DNA from: an uncultured Pelagibacteraceae bacterium
GTDB lineage: Bacteria; Pseudomonadota; Alphaproteobacteria; Pelagibacterales; AG-422-B15
Direction of reading: 5' to 3'
DNA length: 64,000 bases
NCBI GenBank assembly: GCA_902524285.1
Contig: CABZCR010000004.1
Coordinates: forward strand, 11,428-75,427
A program made the position numbers and the translations under genes. This document shows, piece after piece, positions 19,267-27,698 of this stretch. Under the pieces are notes generated by a model. That model made no database searches. It saw only the letters and a list, made by a program, of their open reading frames with translations, and had not been told where the DNA came from. Each line of letters begins with the position of its first letter. The stretch's first letter is position 1.

Positions 19267-20055
19267 ATGAGTTTAACCGATGAAGGACATTACGGCCCCA
19301 AACAACTAAACATGCTCAAAACTGTCTGGGGTGAGGGTTTTCTATCACCTGGTGGAACAGAAGAAATTGATCAGATTTTAAAAGGATTAAATCTAAAAAA
19401 TAAAAAAGTTCTAGATATTGGATGTGGAACGGGCGGTGCAGTTTTTCATATGATTGAAAAATATGGTGCAAAAGAAGTTATTGGAATAGATCCAGAACCG
19501 TTAGTAATTGAAACAGCAAATAATTTAGCGCTAAAGAAAAATTTATCTGATAAAGCAAAATTTATTTGTACAAAGCCTGGAGAATATAAATTTGAAGATA
19601 AAAGTTTTGAGGCAGTATTTAGTAAAGAAGCATTTTTACATATTATCGATAAAAAAAACATGCTCAAAGAGATAAACGAGATCTTAGCTGACAATGGTAT
19701 TCTTGCGGTTGGTGATTGGATGAGAAACGATGACAACGAACCATCAGAGCAGATGAAAGAATATATTGCCGCAGAAGGCCTCGATATGTTTATGTGCTCA
19801 CTAGAAAAGTACGAAAGTCTTTTAAAAGAAACAGGATTTGAAGTTCTCTCACTAAATGATCGTAATAAATGGTATCTCGAAAAAGTTAAGACAGAAATAT
19901 CAGATATAAAAGGGCCACTTTATGATGATGTTGTAAATCTAATAGGAAAAGAAGAGGCAGACGGTGCACTGGAAATTTGGGAAAAACTTCTTGGCGTTGT
20001 GGAAAAAGGGGAACATCGCCCTGGTAATTTTCAAGCTGTAAAAATTTCAACCTAA
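19267..20055 (+). CDS. Class I SAM methyltransferase, phosphoethanolamine N-methyltransferase (PEAMT/PMT)-like
   Basis: 262 aa. VWGEGFLSPGGTEE followed by VLDIGCGTGGAVFHM, then FEAVFSKEAFLHIIDK and the C-terminal HRPGNFQAVK, is collinear with the single-domain PMT / plant PEAMT catalytic domain as I remember it. Confidence 0.75.
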   Translation: MSLTDEGHYGPKQLNMLKTVWGEGFLSPGGTEEIDQILKGLNLKNKKVLDIGCGTGGAVFHMIEKYGAKEVIGIDPEPLVIETANNLALKKNLSDKAKFICTKPGEYKFEDKSFEAVFSKEAFLHIIDKKNMLKEINEILADNGILAVGDWMRNDDNEPSEQMKEYIAAEGLDMFMCSLEKYESLLKETGFEVLSLNDRNKWYLEKVKTEISDIKGPLYDDVVNLIGKEEADGALEIWEKLLGVVEKGEHRPGNFQAVKIST

Positions 20056-20056
20056 A

Positions 20057-20296
20057 ATGGACAATAAACTATCGCAGTCAGACATCGATCGCGTTATAGA
20101 AATGGCCTGGGAAGATAGAACAACTTTCGCTGATATTAGGAAACAATTTGGAATGCAAGAGAAAGAAGTTATTAAATTAATGAAAGAGAATATGAAAAGG
20201 TCCTCTTTTTTAATGTGGAGAAAGCGAGTAAGGGGAAGAAAAACTAAAATTAGTCCAATTTCAGATCGATTTAAATCATCTAATCAGAAATCATAG
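20057..20296 (+). CDS. DUF2805 / TIGR03643-family small protein
   Basis: 79 aa. IEMAWEDRTTFADIRKQFGMQEKEVIKLMKENMKRSSFLMWRKRVRGRKTK matches the remembered DUF2805 signature (MAWEDRTPF...WRKRV.GR.TKH). The start is 1 nt after the preceding stop. Confidence 0.75.
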   Translation: MDNKLSQSDIDRVIEMAWEDRTTFADIRKQFGMQEKEVIKLMKENMKRSSFLMWRKRVRGRKTKISPISDRFKSSNQKS

Positions 20297-20298
20297 TA

Positions 20299-20670
20299 AT
20301 GAGTAATATAAAAAATATATCTGCAGAAAATTGTTATAGCAAAATTAAAGAAAATAAAGATGCATATCTAGTTGATGTACGCACACCTTACGAATGGGAA
20401 ACATTTGGAAGAGTGGATGAAGACTCTTTTGATGCTCAATATATTGAATTAACTCTCATTAATGAAGAGGGTGTTGAAAACATTAATTTTCTGAATCAAT
20501 TCAATTCTAATGGAATTTCAAAAAATTCGGAAATTTACTTTATTTGTAAGTCAGGGGCAAGGTCCATGCATGCTGCTTTAATATTAGAGTCAAATGGTTA
20601 TCAAAATCTTTGCAATGTTGAGGACGGATTTGTTATTGGCTGGAAACCAAGTGGCTTGCCATCAAAATAA
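20299..20670 (+). CDS. Rhodanese-domain protein (single domain sulfurtransferase)
   Basis: 123 aa with the active-site loop CKSGARS, and upstream LVDVRTPYEW typical of rhodanese domains. Confidence 0.85.
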   Translation: MSNIKNISAENCYSKIKENKDAYLVDVRTPYEWETFGRVDEDSFDAQYIELTLINEEGVENINFLNQFNSNGISKNSEIYFICKSGARSMHAALILESNGYQNLCNVEDGFVIGWKPSGLPSK

Positions 20671-20681
20671 TTTAAAAAGAT

Positions 20682-21293
20682 TTAATTAGAAACAGTAATA
20701 ATCTTATCGATTAATTTATCTATATCATTATCGTTATTTGCTAGAAATGACTGAAACTCTTCTCTTTGTGCAATTACAAGACTGATACCTTCAATATTCA
20801 GATCAATTATTTTTATATCACCGTCTCTATTAATCAGTCTCCACTTTAAATTTATTTTTAAAGTATCAGTTCCTTCTCGTACAATATTACTTTCAACAAT
20901 TACGTATTTTCCTGCAGCTTCAGACCCAACAATTTGAACTTGCTCTCCAGAGTACTGATCAAGCTTATTTGCATAGGAGTTGATAAAATAATCTTTAAAT
21001 GCAATCAAATATCTTTCTTTTTGTTCATCTGTTGAATTTTTCCAAGTTTTAGAGAGTACAAATTTTGAAATTAAATTTAGGTCAATTGCGTTCATTACAA
21101 CATCGGTGAAACGAGACGTTTTATCATTTTCGCTAATACCCTCGTTACTTAAAATCTCAATTGCTTGGTCTGCAAATTTTGAAACAAACTCCTCTTCTTG
21201 GGCAAACTCTGAGCTTTGGGCGTAAGTTACGAAAGAAAGCAACAAAATTAAAATCCAGCTATAATTTTTTATTTTAATCATAAATAATTTCAA
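20682..21293 (-). CDS. mlaC: Phospholipid-binding periplasmic protein MlaC/Ttg2D family
   Basis: 203 aa with a signal peptide. The motifs ISKFVLSKTWKNSTDEQKERYLIAFKDYFINSYANKLDQYSGE and IIDLNIEGISLVIAQREEF fit the Tol-tolerance Ttg2D family. It lies downstream of mlaA with a 20-nt overlap. Confidence 0.8.
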   Translation of the reverse strand: MKLFMIKIKNYSWILILLLSFVTYAQSSEFAQEEEFVSKFADQAIEILSNEGISENDKTSRFTDVVMNAIDLNLISKFVLSKTWKNSTDEQKERYLIAFKDYFINSYANKLDQYSGEQVQIVGSEAAGKYVIVESNIVREGTDTLKINLKWRLINRDGDIKIIDLNIEGISLVIAQREEFQSFLANNDNDIDKLIDKIITVSN

Positions 21294-22095
21294 TATCTGG
21301 TCCTACATAACTTTCATCGATATCAAAGTCATCAAAAATATCATTTTCTTGATCTTGCGTATTGCTTTCTAAGTTATTTGAGGCCTGACTTTCTCTTCCT
21401 TGCGAATAAAAGCTTCTTACTGCTGCATAGTAATCAATTGAATTGTTTTGTAGATCATCAAGAATTTCTATGTTTTGAGATCTAAAATCAACTGCGCCAG
21501 TGCCCATTCTGTAGGTTCTTAGAGAGTCAGGAGCAGACCCACCTCCCACTTGATACATTGGATCCAATAGTGATGTTGATAGCATGCCTGCAAAGTCTCT
21601 TGGCGTGGAAGGTCCTAAGAAAGGTAAAACTAAGTATGGACCAGACTCAACACCCCATACACTCAAAGTCTGTCCAAAGTCTTCGTTTTCAGATACAAGA
21701 CCCATACTTGCTGCTGGGTCAAAGAAACCGAGTATTCCAACAGTTGAGTTAATAATAAATCGAGATGTTGATACTCCGGCTTTTCTTAACTCGCCTTGCA
21801 ATATATTATTCACAGCTGTAATTGGCATACCTAAATTATTTAATGAGTATGTAACTCTGTTTCGAACAAATTCTGGAACAATGGCTCTGTACGTAACAGC
21901 AATTGGCCTTAAGATGAGTTTATCGAAAATAATGTTAAATTGAAAGACTGCACGATTTACTTTTTCAAGTGGGTCATTAACGCTAACTATTTCAGTTTCA
22001 GAATTGTTATAGTTCACCGTGGCTTCTTTTGAAGCACATCCTTGCAACATAAGAACAGAACTTAGAAATAAAACTATTAATATTCTATATTTCAT
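21274..22095 (-). CDS. mlaA: Outer-membrane lipoprotein MlaA/VacJ
   Basis: 273 aa with the lipobox LMLQGC and the VacJ signature NDPLEKVNRAVFQFN...RPIAVTYRAIVPEFVRNRVTYSLNNLGMPITAVNNILQG. Confidence 0.87.
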   Translation of the reverse strand: MKYRILIVLFLSSVLMLQGCASKEATVNYNNSETEIVSVNDPLEKVNRAVFQFNIIFDKLILRPIAVTYRAIVPEFVRNRVTYSLNNLGMPITAVNNILQGELRKAGVSTSRFIINSTVGILGFFDPAASMGLVSENEDFGQTLSVWGVESGPYLVLPFLGPSTPRDFAGMLSTSLLDPMYQVGGGSAPDSLRTYRMGTGAVDFRSQNIEILDDLQNNSIDYYAAVRSFYSQGRESQASNNLESNTQDQENDIFDDFDIDESYVGPDIEIIYD

Positions 22096-22189
22096 TGAAA
22101 TAATGCTATTCTATATGAATTTTCTAATCAAATTAATATTTTAGTGTAATCGTATTATAGTTAAAAAATGATAGAGAAATGAGCCTGTA

Positions 22190-23089
22190 TTGAGAACAAT
22201 TGACATATTCATTGTATTATCCATTAATCTAGCGTGGGGATTGGCATTTATTTCTGCAAAAATCGGTGTAAATGAATTTCCACCATTTTTATTTACGACA
22301 ATGAGATTTTTAATCATTGCAGTTTTACTCATACCCTTTTTGAAAATTCACCGCGGCCAAATGACTAATATTTTAATTATTTCTATATTAGGAGGAGGCA
22401 TTCATTTTGCGTTTTTCTATCTTGCTCTCGATAATTCTCAATTTATTTCCTCTGTTGCTGTGGTTCTTCAATTAGGCGTACCATTTGCAACTATATTATC
22501 CGTTATATTTTTAGGTGAGGTGATTAAGTGGAGGCGTATTCTTGGAATAGCACTTGCATTTGGTGGAGTTATTATTTTGATATTTGAGCCTACAATATTT
22601 TCTGATCTTGGAGGTGTTTATTATGCATTATTAGCAGCTTTATCTATTGCTATCAGCCTTCTTTTTATGAAGAAGTTAAAAGATGTTAAAGTGTTTGATC
22701 TACAAGCTTGGATTGCTTTTATAAGCTTTTTATTCTTGGCAACGATTTCATTTTTAGTTGAGGCAAATCAATTAGACTTAATTTTAAATGCATCCATAAT
22801 TGGCTGGGGAGCTATATTGTTTACTGCATTTGCCGCAACAGCTATCGGCCATGCAGGTTTTTATTACTTAATAACAAAATATGAATTATCAAAAATTACA
22901 CCTTTAACCCTTCTTGCTCCGGTACTTGCGATAATAAATGCATTGATTATTTCTTATTTTTCTTTTTATGAGGGATTTAATGAAGTGCTTACATTTAAAA
23001 TTATCTTTGGTGCAACCATGTCATTCACGGGAGTTGCTATTGTAATGATGAGAGAACCAGAAGAGGAAAAGGTATCAAGTTCACCATGA
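22190..23089 (+). CDS. EamA/DMT-family transporter
   Basis: 299 aa with ten hydrophobic segments. The first EamA-domain helix, INLAWGLAFISAKIGV, requires the TTG start at 22190, because the upstream in-frame ATGs hit stops. Confidence 0.85.
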   Translation: MRTIDIFIVLSINLAWGLAFISAKIGVNEFPPFLFTTMRFLIIAVLLIPFLKIHRGQMTNILIISILGGGIHFAFFYLALDNSQFISSVAVVLQLGVPFATILSVIFLGEVIKWRRILGIALAFGGVIILIFEPTIFSDLGGVYYALLAALSIAISLLFMKKLKDVKVFDLQAWIAFISFLFLATISFLVEANQLDLILNASIIGWGAILFTAFAATAIGHAGFYYLITKYELSKITPLTLLAPVLAIINALIISYFSFYEGFNEVLTFKIIFGATMSFTGVAIVMMREPEEEKVSSSP

Positions 23090-23802
23090 AAATTGAATAT
23101 CTAAAATCCCCAAATTTTGAGCAAGTAAAAAGAAGAAATATTAAATATATAATCATACATTATACAGGAATGAAAACAGCACAGGAGTCAATTAAAAGAC
23201 TTAGATCAAAAAAACATAAAGTGAGCTCACATTATTTTGTTAATGAAAGAGGAAAAATTACCCAACTCGTAAATGATAAAGATATTGCTTGGCACGCAGG
23301 AATATCTAATTGGAAAAAAGATAGAAATTTAAACTCAAAGTCTATAGGCATAGAGTTACAAAATAAAGGTAAAGAATTTGGATATCACAAATTCAAGTTA
23401 TCTCAGATAAAATCACTTATATCATTAATCGAAAGTCTACAGACAAAGTACAAAATAAAAAAAAGTAATATTTTGGGCCACTCAGATATTGCTCCGCTGC
23501 GAAAGATAGATCCGGGATATTTATTCCCTTGGCATAAGTTGGCTGCAAAAGGCTTAGTAATTTTACCAAAGAAAAATAATTCTAAAACGCCGCTGAGAGC
23601 TTCAGAGATTAAATCTTTACAACAATTACTAAGAGATTTTGGCTATAAAATTACTTTATCGAGTTTAATGGATAAAGAAACACTTCAAGTTATTTTCGCT
23701 TTTGAAAGTCACTATTGCCCCGAAGAGTTAGAGGATTTTACAGTCAAGCGCAAATTGTTGGGATATCTGAGAGAACTTATATCTCTTCAAAGAGAGGCTT
23801 GA
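23086..23802 (+). CDS. N-acetylmuramoyl-L-alanine amidase (amidase_2/AmpD-like) with C-terminal peptidoglycan-binding-like domain
   Basis: 238 aa. IIIHYTGM, VSSHYFVNERGKITQLV, DIAWHAGIS and ILGHSDIAPLRKIDPG match the AmpD/amidase_2 zinc-amidase pattern. The start overlaps the upstream stop (ATGA). Confidence 0.85.
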   Translation: MKIEYLKSPNFEQVKRRNIKYIIIHYTGMKTAQESIKRLRSKKHKVSSHYFVNERGKITQLVNDKDIAWHAGISNWKKDRNLNSKSIGIELQNKGKEFGYHKFKLSQIKSLISLIESLQTKYKIKKSNILGHSDIAPLRKIDPGYLFPWHKLAAKGLVILPKKNNSKTPLRASEIKSLQQLLRDFGYKITLSSLMDKETLQVIFAFESHYCPEELEDFTVKRKLLGYLRELISLQREA

Positions 23803-23833
23803 CCAATATCTTTTAAAAGGATAAACCCTTTCA

Positions 23834-24189
23834 GCCAGATAATTGGATAACTGCTTGGTATGATCAAGAGGAAAGTCCGGGCTCCACAAGGCAACAGTGC
23901 CGGGTAATACCCGGCGGAGGCAACTCTAGGGAAAGTGCCGCAGAAAATAGACCGCCCTAATTGAAATTTTAAGGGTAAGGGTGAAAAGGTGAGGTAAGAG
24001 CTCACCGCTTTTTTGGCAACAAAAAAGGCATGGTAAACCCCACTGGGAGCAAGATCAAATAGGGTTACATTGGCTTGTCTTGGCTGTAACCGGGTTGATC
24101 GCACGACTCAATTGGTAACAATTGAGCTAGATGAATAGTTATCGGTTTTTTGTAAAAAATCACAGAACCCGGCTTATAAATTATCTGGC
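23834..24189 (+). ncRNA. rnpB: RNase P RNA, bacterial type A
   Basis: Universal blocks are GAGGAAAGTCCGGGCTCCACA, GGGAAAGTGCCGCAGAAAATAGACCGCC, GGTAAACCCCACTGGGAGCAAG and the 3' ACAGAACCCGGCTTAT. The P1 helix is GCCAGATAATT (23834-23844) paired with AATTATCTGGC (24179-24189). This is locally the most GC-rich segment. Confidence 0.93.
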
Positions 24190-24290
24190 AAAATTTATCA
24201 TTTATTTTCAATAGTTTATAAATATAGGCTAATGTATAATATCAGTTAAATAATTGATTATAAAAGAAATATCATAAATAGTTATAGACA

Positions 24291-24340
24291 TTACCCATAT
24301 AATCCCATACTATCCCAAGTAATCCCAATTTAACCCAAAT
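24291..24340. promoter_or_regulatory. Five phased CCCA (TGGG on the minus strand) boxes; putative MraZ operator in the dcw promoter region
   Basis: The 10-bp units are ttaCCCAtat / aatCCCAtac / tatCCCAagt / aatCCCAatt / taaCCCAaat. The CCCA cores start at 24294, 24304, 24314, 24324 and 24334, and the array ends 46 nt before the mraZ ATG. E. coli MraZ is reported to bind TGGGN direct repeats with the same 10-bp register. Confidence 0.6.
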
Positions 24341-24385
24341 GAGGTAATTTTGTTGATTATTTTAATAACTAACTTTTTTTTAAAA

Positions 24386-24838
24386 ATGGCATTGTTTCTA
24401 TCTACATACATCAATCGCATTGACAAAAAAGGTCGTGTTTCTGTTCCGTCTTCTTTTAGAAGTGTCTTAGAACAAAACGGACTGAAGGGCATGATTTGTT
24501 ATCCTTCACCGACTCTAAAGTCAATTGAAGGATGTACTGCTAATAGAATGCAAAAGATCAGTGATGCGATAGAAGCATCCGGTCCCTTCAGTGAGGAAAG
24601 AAATACCTTTTCAACTTCTATTTTTGCTGACAGCCATCAAATTCATTTTGATCAAGAAGGCAGAGTCATCATACCCGATGGACTAATCTCTATTGTAGGT
24701 ATTATTGATCAAGTTTCTTTCGTAGGTATGGGTGAAACATTCCAAATGTGGAATCCTGATACGTATGATTCTTTCAAAAAAGAAAAAAGTGATAATGCAA
24801 AAAATAATTTAGCAAATCTCAAATGGAAAAATGAATAA
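24386..24838 (+). CDS. mraZ: Transcriptional regulator MraZ
   Basis: The start is set at the internal Met giving MALFLSTYINRIDKKGRVSVPSSFR, the canonical first SpoVT/AbrB-like repeat. The second repeat is HFDQEGRVIIPDGL. The 12 codons upstream in the track ORF look non-coding. Confidence 0.9.
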   Translation: MALFLSTYINRIDKKGRVSVPSSFRSVLEQNGLKGMICYPSPTLKSIEGCTANRMQKISDAIEASGPFSEERNTFSTSIFADSHQIHFDQEGRVIIPDGLISIVGIIDQVSFVGMGETFQMWNPDTYDSFKKEKSDNAKNNLANLKWKNE

Positions 24839-24863
24839 CTAATGAAAATAGGAGGATAATTTC

Positions 24864-26435
24864 ATGGTTTTAAATTTAAGTGTTCCAGAACTAAAAGAGC
24901 TTAAGCCAAAGATAACAGTATTTGGAGTCGGTGGTGCAGGCGGTAATGCAATTAATAATATGATTCAATCCGGATTATCGGGAGTTGAATTTGTTGCAGC
25001 CAATACAGATGCACAAGCTCTGTCTAAATCGTTAAGTGATTCAAAAATGCAATTAGGTGTTCAGGTTACTAAGGGATTGGGAGCTGGTTCTCATCCTGAT
25101 ATCGGTAAATCCTCAGCCGACGAAACTAAACACGAAATAATGGAAAGACTTGAAGGCACAAACATGCTTTTCATTACCGCTGGTATGGGTGGCGGTACTG
25201 GTACAGGTGCTGCTCCAGTGATAGCGCGTGTTGCTAGAGAATTGGGTATACTTACTGTGGCAGTTGTTACTAAACCATTTCAATTCGAAGGCGCTGGAAG
25301 AATGAGAATTGCTGAGCAAGGGTTAAAAGAGTTAGAACATTTAGTAGATACAACAATTGTTATTCCAAACCAAAATTTATTTAAAGTTGCTGATGAGAAA
25401 ACAACATTTGCCGATGCATTTTCAATGGCGGATGATGTATTGCATGCGGGAGTAAGAAGTATTACCGATTTGATGGTCGTACCGGGATTAATCAACTTAG
25501 ACTTTGCTGATGTAAAGACAATCATGAATAATATGGGACGCGCAATGATGGGCACAGGTGAAGCGTCTGGCGACAATAGAGCAATTGAATGTGCTCACAA
25601 TGCAGTTACAAATCCACTGCTTGATGACTACTCTTTGGACGGAGCCAAAGGATTATTGATCAACATAACTGGTGGAACTGACTTAACATTGCATGAGGTT
25701 GATAAAATTACAAATGAGATAAGAGAACAAGTTCACCCTGATGCAGATGTAATTGTTGGATCAATCTTTGACGAAAATCTTGAGGGTAAAGCTAGAGTTT
25801 CTGTTGTTGCAACTGGGTTAGAATCTCATGACAAGCCTTCAAAGAGAATAATTGATTTACAAGTAAATAATAGTTCAACAGTTTCATCAATTCCAGCAGC
25901 TCAAGTGAATGGAACAGGATCTATTCATGCTTCAGCTAATCAAGAAGATGAAATCCACAAAAATTCTGATCCATATATGTACATGGATGGCTCAAATGAA
26001 AAAGACTTAGGCTCAATGAATGATGAAACAACAATTGTTGAAGAGGAAACTTCTGAACCAGAAATGATTGCTGAGCCTGAAGTTGATCCAGAGCCAATTG
26101 AAGAACCAGAAATGGAAGTTACTGAAGAAGAGGTAATTGCTGAGCCAGAAATGGAATCAGAGCCAAATTCTGAACCAGAAATGATTGCTGAGCCTGAAGT
26201 TGATCCAGAGCTAATTGAAGAGGCGGCAATGGAGCAGGAAGAGTCATCTCAAAGCATTATGGATTTAGTACATGCAAATAGGGAAAATTCAGATAGTGAC
26301 ACACATGACTTATTTAGTGACCAAAACGTGCATCAACTGGATGAAACACATAATTCTATTGAAGCTGATGAAGAATTAGAAACTGATCAAGATTTGCTTG
26401 AAATTCCATCTTTCTTGAGAAGACAGAGTAAATGA
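24864..26435 (+). CDS. ftsZ: Cell division GTPase FtsZ
   Basis: 523 aa. The tubulin signature is [13 protein letters not shown], with N-terminal [17 protein letters not shown], a long acidic linker and the conserved C-terminal peptide [13 protein letters not shown] strong SD, GGAGGA, lies at 24851-24856. Confidence 0.97.
   Translation: MVLNLSVPELKELKPKITVFGVGGAGGNAINNMIQSGLSGVEFVAANTDAQALSKSLSDSKMQLGVQVTKGLGAGSHPDIGKSSADETKHEIMERLEGTNMLFITAGMGGGTGTGAAPVIARVARELGILTVAVVTKPFQFEGAGRMRIAEQGLKELEHLVDTTIVIPNQNLFKVADEKTTFADAFSMADDVLHAGVRSITDLMVVPGLINLDFADVKTIMNNMGRAMMGTGEASGDNRAIECAHNAVTNPLLDDYSLDGAKGLLINITGGTDLTLHEVDKITNEIREQVHPDADVIVGSIFDENLEGKARVSVVATGLESHDKPSKRIIDLQVNNSSTVSSIPAAQVNGTGSIHASANQEDEIHKNSDPYMYMDGSNEKDLGSMNDETTIVEEETSEPEMIAEPEVDPEPIEEPEMEVTEEEVIAEPEMESEPNSEPEMIAEPEVDPELIEEAAMEQEESSQSIMDLVHANRENSDSDTHDLFSDQNVHQLDETHNSIEADEELETDQDLLEIPSFLRRQSK
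26051..26221 (+). repeat. In-frame direct repeat inside the ftsZ linker (two 54-bp copies, 117-bp period)
   Basis: The copy at 26051-26104 and the copy at 26168-26221 differ at one base (C/T). Each encodes [14 protein letters not shown](P/L)IEE. Shorter ccagaaatggaa sub-repeats lie between them at 26105 and 26145. Confidence 0.9.
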
Positions 26436-27352
26436 CAAATAAAGAACTTGGCCACAGGCCAGTTCTTATTGAAGAGGTTATTGAACAATTAGGGCCAAAA
26501 GATAATGAAACATACATCGATGCAACATTTGGATATGGAGGATATACAGAGAGAATCCTTCAAAGCTGTGAATGCAAAGTCATTGCAATCGACAGAGATC
26601 CAACAGTCAAAAAACAAGCTGAAAGATTTAAAAAAAAGTACGGCAGTCGGTTTTCTTTTGTACATTCTAAATTTAGTCAGATTGATAAAATTTCCAACGA
26701 AACAAAAGAAAAAGAAATTAACGGTTTCGTATTTGATATAGGAGTTTCATCAATGCAACTAGATGATGCAAATAGAGGGTTTTCATTCATGCAAGATGGA
26801 CCCCTAGATATGAGAATGAGTCAGGATGGCCAAACAGCTTCAGACTTAATAAATAAAAAGGATAAAGATGAGCTTGCTGATATCATCTATCATTACGGAG
26901 ATGAGAGAAATTCAAGAAAAATTGCAAGAAATATAGATAAGCACAGAACTCAAAAAAAAATTGAGAGTACGATCGAGCTTGCAGAAATAATTAAAAAATC
27001 GTTTCCTTCAAAATATTACAAAAAACATCCTGCAACGAAAACATTCCAGGCTATTAGAATTTTTATTAATAATGAAATACAAGAGCTTCATGCTGGTCTC
27101 AACCAAGCTTTTAATTTGCTAAGAGCGAATGGAAAAATATGCGTGGTCACATTTCATTCAATTGAGGATAGGCTGGTAAAGAATTTTACAAATAAAGTTT
27201 GTTTAAGAAATAAAAAGACCAAATTAATAAAACCATCTTCCAAGGAAGTATTAAGTAACCCAAGATCTCGTTCCGCAAAGTTAAGAGTCATCAAGCGTGA
27301 GCGATTAAACTTTAATTATATTCCAATATCTGAGTTAGGATTTGAATTATGA
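26432..27352 (+). CDS. rsmH: 16S rRNA (cytosine1402-N4)-methyltransferase
   Basis: 306 aa. [33 protein letters not shown] and [10 protein letters not shown] are RsmH/MraW signatures. The start overlaps the ftsZ stop (ATGA). Confidence 0.93.
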   Translation: MTNKELGHRPVLIEEVIEQLGPKDNETYIDATFGYGGYTERILQSCECKVIAIDRDPTVKKQAERFKKKYGSRFSFVHSKFSQIDKISNETKEKEINGFVFDIGVSSMQLDDANRGFSFMQDGPLDMRMSQDGQTASDLINKKDKDELADIIYHYGDERNSRKIARNIDKHRTQKKIESTIELAEIIKKSFPSKYYKKHPATKTFQAIRIFINNEIQELHAGLNQAFNLLRANGKICVVTFHSIEDRLVKNFTNKVCLRNKKTKLIKPSSKEVLSNPRSRSAKLRVIKRERLNFNYIPISELGFEL

Positions 27353-27693
27353 TAAGTGCTTTCTTTAAAATATTGTCCGTTGCTGTTTTGTTAACCGGAT
27401 TACTTGCAATTATGGTTATAAAAAATATTTCAGCCGAAAAACAAAAGTATATTAATGAACTTGAATTAACACTTAGAGAAGAACAAAAGATAAATGAACT
27501 TTATAAAATTGAATGGGACCATTTGGTTTCGCCAATGAATATTAAAAAGATTTCAGAAATGATTATTACTAACGATTACGAAAAGTATTTTGTTGTATTA
27601 GATAATGATGATATTGAAGAAAATAATGAATTATTTAATGATGTCATTGAAGTTTATGATACATCAACAATTAATCAAAATTTGGCAAGGTAA
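27349..27693 (+). CDS. ftsL: Cell division protein FtsL-like (bitopic membrane protein)
   Basis: 114 aa with a single N-terminal TM helix (ILSVAVLLTGLLAIMVI) followed by a charged helical segment. The call rests on its position between rsmH and ftsI, not on sequence motifs. Confidence 0.55.
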   Translation: MISAFFKILSVAVLLTGLLAIMVIKNISAEKQKYINELELTLREEQKINELYKIEWDHLVSPMNIKKISEMIITNDYEKYFVVLDNDDIEENNELFNDVIEVYDTSTINQNLAR

Positions 27694-27698
27694 ATTCC

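Noticed and set aside
4552-20670. Possible genomic island integrated at the 3' end of the tRNA(CAU) gene. This is a heterogeneous block of accessory-looking metabolic and unknown genes starting 70 nt after the tRNA.
   Set aside because: By eye I found no integrase, transposase, phage or conjugation gene, no copy of the tRNA 3' end as a direct repeat, and no obvious change in base composition or coding density. It may still be a strain-variable region, but nothing in the sequence shows mobility. Comparative genomics would be needed.
23787-24104. 105-aa minus-strand ORF in the track.
   Set aside because: It lies entirely antisense within the RNase P RNA gene, which is the GC-rich structured region. 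The open frame is a by-product of the RNA sequence.
24350-24385. N-terminal extensions of track ORFs: mraZ from 24350, the FG-GAP protein to 8362, the ABM protein to 8540, and degP from 55973.
   Set aside because: In each case an internal Met restores the canonical family N-terminus or a signal peptide and removes a long overlap with the neighbouring gene, so the extensions are treated as non-coding.
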